Assembly (NCBI GenBank): GCA_964652585.1
Contig: CAZZDA010000033.1
Coordinates: 1-11,748, forward strand
From: an uncultured Gammaproteobacteria bacterium
Lineage (GTDB): Bacteria > Patescibacteriota > Patescibacteriia > UBA1544
DNA: 11,748 nucleotides
Direction of reading: 5' to 3'
The translations under genes were made by a program, and so were the position numbers. The notes under the pieces were generated by a model, which saw only the letters and a list, made by a program, of their open reading frames with translations, did no database searches and had not been told where the DNA came from. Shown piece after piece: positions 6,485-11,748 of the stretch (position 1 is the first letter of the stretch; every line of letters starts with the position of its first letter).

Positions 6485-7072
6485 TCATGCTTGAGTGATG
6501 ATATACCCATGTTGGGTGCAATATGTTTTTGAGAGGATGTGATGGCACGAAACGCACTCTACTTGTCGACATCTCGCGTTTGTAGCAATGAAACCGAAAA
6601 GTAGATATCGTTTCATATAAAGTGTCGGACCGTGTTCAGATAATCTGTTGTCTCGCATGCAACTTGGACATACATGTGGAGTTGGTATAACACATGCTTC
6701 ACCTCCGCCACTCTTTCTTGAGAACAGTACTACAAACCATTTCCACAACCATGGCAGAAAATGCCTTATGAGATGAGAAACGATTTGTTCTATTTCTTCC
6801 TTATTCTTCACCCACCTGCGGTAATCAAAGGAGGTCTCGCAGTTCGCGCAGAGAAAATCTTCCCACAAGACGTTTGCAGGTATGGAGGTAAAAAGAGTGA
6901 AATACCCGCGTCTTCGATGCATGAAACGTCGTTTGCCGCACCGATTGCAGCAAATTCCTGCATTAAACTTCTTTTCTTCAATGGTGTGTATTGCAAAAAA
7001 AGCCACAACCCTTTTCCACATATGAAGTAACAAGCTGTAAAAGGTGTTACGGACAAACAAAAGAGATTTCAT
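6485..7072 (-). CDS. Hypothetical protein of 195 aa with four CxxC motifs (two putative zinc ribbons) and hydrophobic segments
   Basis: The ORF is open from 7120, but the probable start is the ATG at 7072 ('MKSLLFVRNTFYS...'), which is preceded by the strong Shine-Dalgarno sequence 'gagggaga' 6 nt upstream. CxxC pairs occur as 'CCNRCG'...'CANCE' and 'CPSCM'...'CVSCHH', each pair separated by roughly 30-37 residues. The protein is W/F/R-rich, with the hydrophobic stretches 'LPWLWKWFVVLF' and 'VVAFFAIH'. It has its own promoter and terminator. Confidence 0.55.
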   Translation of the reverse strand: MKSLLFVRNTFYSLLLHMWKRVVAFFAIHTIEEKKFNAGICCNRCGKRRFMHRRRGYFTLFTSIPANVLWEDFLCANCETSFDYRRWVKNKEEIEQIVSHLIRHFLPWLWKWFVVLFSRKSGGGEACVIPTPHVCPSCMRDNRLSEHGPTLYMKRYLLFGFIATNARCRQVECVSCHHILSKTYCTQHGYIITQA

Positions 7073-7120
7073 TGTATTCTCCCTCGTGAAAAGAGCATGA
7101 ATGAAAGAACGAATGGACAT

Positions 7121-7149
7121 TGTATACCAAAAATTCTATTTTTTGTCAA
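7121..7149 (-). promoter_or_regulatory. Near-consensus sigma70-type promoter for the Cys-rich gene
   Basis: On the minus strand a TTGACA -35 (plus-strand 7144-7149) is separated by exactly 17 nt from a TATACA -10 (plus-strand 7121-7126). This places the transcription start about 40 nt upstream of the 7072 start codon and its GGGAGA ribosome-binding site. Confidence 0.5.
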
Positions 7150-7150
7150 C

Positions 7151-7179
7151 AAAAAACCCCGACAAACATCGGGGTTTTT
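7151..7179. terminator. Bidirectional intrinsic terminator after the minus-strand SPFH gene
   Basis: A 6-bp GC-rich stem 'ccccga'/'tcgggg' with the loop 'caaaca' is flanked by an A6 run on the 5' side and a T5 run on the 3' side. On the minus strand it reads hairpin followed by UUUUUU, directly downstream of the SPFH stop at 7201. Confidence 0.6.
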
Positions 7180-7200
7180 AGCTTGATGCTTACCTCTTTC

Positions 7201-8286
7201 CTACGGTACGTTCTTAAACAGCGGCAGACCATTATTTGGACTGACCGGAACATAAAACGTTCCCGGCTTGTCCTTCAATCCTTGGAGATAAAGAAAGTTC
7301 AAATACTTGTCGGTCAAACTTTCTGTGATGATCTGCTGCGCATCTCGCTGACCAGCTGCTTCCACTCGTTTTCTCTCCGCTTCTTTCTCTTCTTTTTGGA
7401 GAACAAAGTCATAGCGCTGTGCTTCTTGTTCCGCGGTTAATTTACTTTGAATGCTTTCGGCAAGTTTTGACGGCAAGATTACATTGCGAAGCAATACATC
7501 CTCAACTGCAATTCCACGCTGTTCTAAATTGATAGCCAGCTGATCCACGATTTTTCCTGTGGCCTCTTGGCGTTTTTCAGAGTAGATGTCTTTTGCTTCG
7601 TACTGTGCGATAATTTCACGAATAGCGGCGCGAATTGATGGACGAATGATCTTCTCTTCATAGTTGGTGCCGAGTTCTCTGAACACATCTGATGCTTTTT
7701 CTTCTTGCAATCTATAGAAAACGGTGAGATCAAGAGTAACGGTCAAACCCTCTTTGGTGAGTGCGTCAATCGCATCACTCTGCGCACGTTTCCCCTCGCC
7801 TCGTACAATGCTCATGGTGTATTCTTCGGTCCGAATACTCATGAGAGTTACTTGTGCTAAAGGATTAATAAGATGAAAACCGGAACGTACTTCATTGTCT
7901 CGTACCTTGCCAAACAAGTGATACACACCGGTGGTACCTGCCGGTATGATCACGATAGAGTTAATAAGGATGAGTGCGACAATGATAATGCCGACAACCC
8001 ATTGAATAATCTTTCCTGGATGCATAGAGCTATTTGTAAAAAAAGTAAAAGGGTTAGAGTCTTGAGATGTTGATGAAGAAGTAACGTCTATAAATGATTT
8101 ATTTTTCGTACGCTGTTCCCATTGCTTTGCGAGGTGCGGCAAAGATTTGAAAAAGAGAATACTGAGAATAAGCAAAGGGATAAAAAACTGCGGAAATTTG
8201 AGCAATACAATAAAAAGAATGAAAAAGAACAGCGGCAAGAATCTACGTACAGCGTCTAATTGTGGTGGAATACTATATGATTGCAT
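7201..8286 (-). CDS. SPFH/band-7 (prohibitin/stomatin/HflKC-like) membrane protein with an N-terminal extension
   Basis: The core 'MHPGKIIQWVVGIIIVALILINSIVIIPAGTTGVYHLFGKVR...' (a TM helix followed by the SPFH domain) continues into a coiled-coil-like C-terminus 'EAERKRVEAAGQRDAQ', which is typical of band-7 proteins. The frame stays open 110 codons upstream of that Met in AT-rich DNA. This implies an extension carrying two further hydrophobic helices ('FLPLFFFILFIVLL', 'FFIPLLILSILFF') and an S/T-rich linker. The start was chosen at ATG 8286 ('MQSYSIPP...') because a TTGCCA-17-TATACT promoter lies immediately upstream and suggests a leaderless mRNA. Alternative starts are ATG 8025 and TTG 8355. 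Confidence 0.8.
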   Translation of the reverse strand: MQSYSIPPQLDAVRRFLPLFFFILFIVLLKFPQFFIPLLILSILFFKSLPHLAKQWEQRTKNKSFIDVTSSSTSQDSNPFTFFTNSSMHPGKIIQWVVGIIIVALILINSIVIIPAGTTGVYHLFGKVRDNEVRSGFHLINPLAQVTLMSIRTEEYTMSIVRGEGKRAQSDAIDALTKEGLTVTLDLTVFYRLQEEKASDVFRELGTNYEEKIIRPSIRAAIREIIAQYEAKDIYSEKRQEATGKIVDQLAINLEQRGIAVEDVLLRNVILPSKLAESIQSKLTAEQEAQRYDFVLQKEEKEAERKRVEAAGQRDAQQIITESLTDKYLNFLYLQGLKDKPGTFYVPVSPNNGLPLFKNVP

Positions 8287-8295
8287 ACAAAAAGC

Positions 8296-8324
8296 AGTAT
8301 AGCGTGTTTTGCGTGTATTGGCAA
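8296..8324 (-). promoter_or_regulatory. Putative promoter for the SPFH gene, pointing to a leaderless or very short-leader transcript
   Basis: On the minus strand a TTGCCA -35 (plus-strand 8319-8324) is separated by 17 nt from a TATACT -10 (plus-strand 8296-8301). The ATG at 8286 lies about 9 nt downstream of the -10 element. Confidence 0.4.
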
Positions 8325-8380
8325 TAAAAATCGTGGTGTAAAAATCATTTGACAAGTTATGGTGAAAAGGAGCATACTAT

Positions 8381-8614
8381 ATGCAGTCGATCTTTATTTT
8401 TGTCGTGGATCAAAGAGGAGGAGGCGTCATGGAAACAAACTGTTTTGTGTGCCGGATATGTCATTGCAGTGATGAGATGAAAGAGAGGTGTACTTGTGGC
8501 AAGGGATGTTCTCACAAGAGGGTGGTGGCATTGATCGGCTTTGCCGCCGCAACCAGCCTTATAACGGCTTTTGGAGATGTGTCCTCACTGAATGAATATC
8601 TTTTGCTCCATTGA
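8381..8614 (+). CDS. Small Cys-rich protein with a C-terminal transmembrane helix, possibly a zinc-finger anti-sigma-like or metal-binding membrane protein
   Basis: The ATG at 8381 is preceded by 'aaaggag' with an 8-nt spacer. An in-frame ATG at 8429 ('METNCFVC...') is preceded by an even stronger 'ggaggagg' with a 4-7-nt spacer. Seven cysteines are clustered in 'CFVCRICHCSDEMKERCTCGKGC', followed by the hydrophobic helix 'VVALIGFAAATSLITAFG'. The stop at 8612-8614 overlaps the SMC upstream region. Confidence 0.5.
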   Translation: MQSIFIFVVDQRGGGVMETNCFVCRICHCSDEMKERCTCGKGCSHKRVVALIGFAAATSLITAFGDVSSLNEYLLLH

Positions 8615-8703
8615 TCTTGAGTTGCTTCACGCAACTCTTTTTATTGCAAAAAGAACAGTTTTTTCGTACAATAGGTAAAGTCGGTATATCAACCATTGAG
8701 TCA

Positions 8704-11400
8704 ATGTATTTGGAAAAACTTAAAATTCAAGGATTTAAATCATTTGCGAATAAAACCGTGCTTGAGTTTACGCATGCAACGGAAAATGATAAAGGGATAA
8801 CCGCAATTGTCGGACCGAACGGTTCCGGCAAATCAAATGTGGCTGATGCCATACGATGGGTGTTGGGTGAACAGAGTATGAAAACCATGCGTGCAAAAAA
8901 GAGCGAGGATGTTATTTTTTCCGGCTCAAGCAAAAAGGCGCGACTGGGACTCGCGGAAGTGAGCCTCTATTTGCGCAATCAAAAAAATGATACTTTTGCG
9001 GAATCGGAATTAGCAGAAGAAAATGAAGAACAAAAAGAATTTTTTTCACAGTTGCTTGCGCTTCCCGAGATCGTGCTCACTCGCCGGCTTTACCGCAATG
9101 GCGACTCTGACTATCTGCTGAACAATAAAAAGGCTCGGTTGATCGATGTGGTTATGCTTTTAGCGAAGGCTCGCTTTGGGCAAAAAACATATAGTGTTAT
9201 AGGTCAGGGCATGATTGACCATATTCTTGTTGCGACACTTGCCGAGCGCAAGGAATTTTTTGATGAGGCGGTGGGCGTTAAGCCATTGCAGATAAAGCGT
9301 GATCAATCGCTCTTGAAATTGAAAAACACAGCGGAAAATCTTCAACAGGTGGAACTCTTATTAACAGAGATAGAGCCAAGACTCAAGTCACTGACACGGC
9401 AGGTAAAACGACTTGAAAAAAGAGAGGAGGTTGAAAAAGAATTGCACGAGAAACAAAAAACATATTACCACTATTTTTGGCATGAGCACACCGCGGCAAT
9501 GGAAAAAGAACAGCAGGCGGTGAAAGAAAAGAATCACATACAATTGGAGGTGCAAGATGCCATAAAAAAATTAGCGAGTAAGCTTGGCAGTTTGGAGCAA
9601 GAGTCAAGCGTCAGCGAGCAATTTTCTGAATTGCAAGAGAACTATCAAAAACTTCTTACGAAAAAAAATACTTTACTCAAAGAGGATGGGCGGCTAAAAA
9701 CTGACAGGGAGCGCGCGCTTCTCAAAGAAGGAAAGAGTGATGTTGTGTGGTTTGAAAGAAGAGAGGATGAAATGCAAGCAAAGATCAAGGAGTTGATCAA
9801 AGACCGCCAGCAGGTGCAGCAACAAAAAAAAGAACAAGAAAATAGTATCGCTCAATTTGAAAAAGATGCTCAGAAGCAAGAGGATCGTTATCAAGAAGCG
9901 GTAAAGCAGTTGAAGGCTTTGCAACAAGAAGTACGTTTAACTGTGCCTGAATTTGCACAAGAGTTGGAAAAAGTATTTATTGAACAGGAGCAGACGCTTA
10001 GCGTGCTTTTTGAAACGAATGACTTGCAAGAAGTTCGTCAAGCGGCAGATACGCTACAAAAACAGCTTCACGCTATGAGGAAGCTGCATACAACGGTACA
10101 GCGCGCATCTCAAGATACTGCTTCAAAAGAACGAGATGATATGGAGAACGCCTATGAAGACGTAGGTAAAGAAAGAGAAAAAAGTATTGCGGTAGTAGGT
10201 GAAGCGAAATTACAATATAAACTTCTTGAGGAAAAAGAACAGCTTCTTGCGTGCGCGGTAGAACAGACAGAGCATGAGCTTACTCAAGTGAAGAAAGAAA
10301 TCACCTTCAATAAACAGCGTGAAAATACTAACTCCTCTGTTGTAACAACCGCGGCATTGGAAGAAGAGCAGCAAAAAGTACAGACCGCGCTTGAACACTT
10401 GGCAAAAAATATTGTTCAAGTGGAACAAGAACTTCGCGTGCTGACTGAAAAAGAGAGTGAGAAGAAAAAAGATTTTTTTGTGCTCCAAAAAGGATTGAGC
10501 GAACAACAACAACAGCTGCAGGCGGTTATGGCGGAGCGCAACACTCATGAAGTATCGCTTGCGCGGTCCGAAACAAAACGAGAGGATTTGGAAAAAGAGA
10601 TAGGTGAAGAACTTCCTCGGGATGCGCGTAAAGATGTTATGCAAGGCCATGCGTCAACGGCAGATGAAGCAATGGTGGAACAACTTGGCATGCGGATACA
10701 TCAGCTCAAAAATCAATTGGAAGTGATTGGCGGTATTGATGAAGAGGTAGTTGCTGAACACAAAGAGATTGACGAGCGCTATACATTTTTACACACGCAG
10801 GTAGCTGATCTCACAAAAGCACGCGCACATCTTGAAAAAACCGTTGAAGAATTGGATAATCTCATACAGAAGCAATTTACGGTTGGATTTACACACATTA
10901 ATAGAGAATTTCAACAGTATTTTACAAAATTATTTGATGGTGGTGTGGCAAAGCTTGTGCATGTACATGAGCGTCGTAAGAAGAAGCAAGATGAAAATGA
11001 AGAAGGGGAAGAAAAGTCTACAAAAAAGGAAAAAGAAAAAGTATTCGAGGGTATAGAAATTCAGGTAACGCCTCCGGGAAAAAAGTTGAAAGATATTTCA
11101 GCATTGTCCGGCGGGGAACGAGCGCTTACCTCTATTGCACTTATCTGCGCAATTATTTCTACCAATCCCTCACCGTTTGTTGTTCTTGACGAGGTGGATG
11201 CGGCATTGGATGAATCGAACTCTGAGCGTTTTGCGGATATTTTAAAACACCTTTCACATAAATCGCAGTTTATCACTATTACGCACAATCGCGCGACTAT
11301 GCGTAGAGCTCGCTTGCTCTACGGAGTGACCATGGGAGATGACAGCATATCGCAATTATTGAGCGTGAAACTGGAAGAGGCAGAAGGTGAGAGAGTATAG
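8704..11400 (+). CDS. smc: SMC-family chromosome-segregation ATPase, 898 aa, with no recognisable hinge domain
   Basis: The canonical SMC N-terminus 'MYLEKLKIQGFKSF' is followed by the Walker A motif 'GPNGSGKSN' and the conserved 'YSVIGQGMIDHIL' and 'ERKEFFDEAVGV' motifs. The C-terminal head has the signature 'LSGGERALTSIAL' and the Walker B/D-loop 'FVVLDEVDAALDE'. The roughly 500-residue coiled-coil region in the middle is glycine-poor and lacks an SMC hinge motif of the G(x)6G(x)3GG type. The ORF track starts at a TTG at 8611, but the conserved SMC start is the ATG at 8704. Confidence 0.85.
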   Translation: MYLEKLKIQGFKSFANKTVLEFTHATENDKGITAIVGPNGSGKSNVADAIRWVLGEQSMKTMRAKKSEDVIFSGSSKKARLGLAEVSLYLRNQKNDTFAESELAEENEEQKEFFSQLLALPEIVLTRRLYRNGDSDYLLNNKKARLIDVVMLLAKARFGQKTYSVIGQGMIDHILVATLAERKEFFDEAVGVKPLQIKRDQSLLKLKNTAENLQQVELLLTEIEPRLKSLTRQVKRLEKREEVEKELHEKQKTYYHYFWHEHTAAMEKEQQAVKEKNHIQLEVQDAIKKLASKLGSLEQESSVSEQFSELQENYQKLLTKKNTLLKEDGRLKTDRERALLKEGKSDVVWFERREDEMQAKIKELIKDRQQVQQQKKEQENSIAQFEKDAQKQEDRYQEAVKQLKALQQEVRLTVPEFAQELEKVFIEQEQTLSVLFETNDLQEVRQAADTLQKQLHAMRKLHTTVQRASQDTASKERDDMENAYEDVGKEREKSIAVVGEAKLQYKLLEEKEQLLACAVEQTEHELTQVKKEITFNKQRENTNSSVVTTAALEEEQQKVQTALEHLAKNIVQVEQELRVLTEKESEKKKDFFVLQKGLSEQQQQLQAVMAERNTHEVSLARSETKREDLEKEIGEELPRDARKDVMQGHASTADEAMVEQLGMRIHQLKNQLEVIGGIDEEVVAEHKEIDERYTFLHTQVADLTKARAHLEKTVEELDNLIQKQFTVGFTHINREFQQYFTKLFDGGVAKLVHVHERRKKKQDENEEGEEKSTKKEKEKVFEGIEIQVTPPGKKLKDISALSGGERALTSIALICAIISTNPSPFVVLDEVDAALDESNSERFADILKHLSHKSQFITITHNRATMRRARLLYGVTMGDDSISQLLSVKLEEAEGERV

Positions 11401-11403
11401 TCG

Positions 11404-11432
11404 TTGACGAAGATGGTTGTTTCTGTTAGAGT
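11404..11432 (+). promoter_or_regulatory. Putative promoter for the tRNA pair
   Basis: A TTGACG -35 (11404-11409) is separated by 17 nt from a TAGAGT -10 (11427-11432). The mature tRNA begins 22 nt downstream. Confidence 0.4.
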
Positions 11433-11453
11433 GGCAACGTAAATTCGGAATAT

Positions 11454-11528
11454 GTCCTCGTAGTTCAACGGATAGAACGGGAGCCTTCTAAGCTCTTAAT
11501 GGGGGTTCGATTCCCTCCGGGGACACCA
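11454..11528 (+). tRNA. tRNA-Arg (anticodon TCT) with its CCA end encoded
   Basis: A manual cloverleaf gives an acceptor stem 'gtcctcg'/'cggggac' (one G-U pair), a D-stem gttc/gaac, an anticodon stem ggagc/gctct with the loop 'cttctaa' (anticodon TCT), a T-arm 'ggggg-ttcgatt-ccctc', a discriminator A and the 3' CCA. Confidence 0.85.
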
Positions 11529-11576
11529 GTAAAATTACGAGACACAAAGTACGTAACAAAAAACAAAGACTATTAT

Positions 11577-11652
11577 GGTGCCTATGGTGTAATGGTTAAC
11601 ACAGCGGGTTGTGATCCCGCCGATTCGGGTTCAATTCCCGATAGGCACCCCA
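11577..11652 (+). tRNA. tRNA-His (anticodon GTG) with an encoded G-1 and an encoded CCA
   Basis: The acceptor stem 'gtgccta'/'taggcac' is a perfect 7-bp helix. An extra 5' G at 11577 lies opposite the discriminator C73, which is the bacterial tRNA-His hallmark. The D-stem is gtgt/acac, the anticodon stem gcggg/cccgc has the loop 'ttgtgat' (anticodon GTG), the T-arm is 'tcggg-ttcaatt-cccga', and the 3' CCA is at 11650-11652. Confidence 0.85.
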
Positions 11653-11658
11653 CAAGGA

Positions 11659-11686
11659 AATCTCTCTTCACAGGGAGGTTTTTTTG
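11659..11686 (+). terminator. Possible intrinsic terminator after the tRNA pair
   Basis: A 7-8-bp stem (11659-11666 with 11673-11680, including two G-U pairs) with the loop 'ttcaca' is followed by a T7 run at 11679-11685. Confidence 0.4.
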
Positions 11687-11748
11687 TCTCAAGCTAGAGA
11701 GAAAAGAGTTTGTAAAATGATAAGGTTATGGTAGTATGAATGTATAAT

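Noticed and set aside
6761-7056. Plus-strand ORF 6761-7030 (89 aa) and minus-strand ORF 6808-7056, which overlap the Cys-rich gene
   Set aside because: Both lack expression signals and lie antisense to, or in another frame of, a gene that has a consensus promoter, ribosome-binding site and terminator. They are most likely spurious.
7073-7120. ATG at 7120 as the start of the Cys-rich minus-strand ORF
   Set aside because: It abuts the -10 element, so it would be upstream of the transcription start. The ATG at 7072 has a strong GGGAGA Shine-Dalgarno sequence.
8287-8355. TTG start at 8355 for the SPFH gene
   Set aside because: It is a non-ATG start with no ribosome-binding site, and it lies upstream of the predicted promoter. 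The ATG at 8286 is better supported, although the start remains uncertain.
8611-8703. TTG-initiated extension of smc (ORF track start 8611)
   Set aside because: The canonical SMC N-terminus (MYLEKLKIQGFKSF) starts at the ATG at 8704. The upstream 31 codons are open only by chance and overlap the stop of the small Cys-rich ORF.
11499-11720. ORF 11499-11720 (73 aa) on the plus strand
   Set aside because: It is read straight through the tRNA-Arg 3' end, the tRNA-His gene and the terminator, so it is a translation artefact of the tRNA genes.
1-11748. CRISPR arrays, insertion sequences, integrases, toxin-antitoxin or defence-system genes
   Set aside because: None were found. There are no spaced direct repeats, no transposase or integrase ORFs, and the tRNAs are not flanked by att-like duplications. 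The gene content is housekeeping.

Overview
This window looks like a housekeeping region from a reduced bacterial genome, possibly a CPR/Patescibacteria-like lineage. The plus strand carries a split-transketolase C-terminal subunit, a PfkB-family sugar kinase, a dual-specificity phosphatase, a class II (adenosylcobalamin-dependent) ribonucleotide reductase with NrdR-box-like upstream sites, a PduO-type cobalamin adenosyltransferase, a small Cys-rich membrane-anchored protein and an unusually short SMC ATPase without a recognisable hinge. The same strand ends with a tRNA-Arg(TCT)/tRNA-His(GTG) pair. The minus strand carries an SPFH/band-7 protein with extra N-terminal transmembrane segments and a separately transcribed 195-aa protein with four CxxC motifs. 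There are no mobile elements or CRISPR arrays. Three things the gene calls do not explain: a ~130-nt nested-helix element just after nrdJ, TTAA-centred palindromes at the pduO promoter, and heptanucleotide tandem repeats that give two adjacent genes near-identical 'KHKTHN' C-termini.
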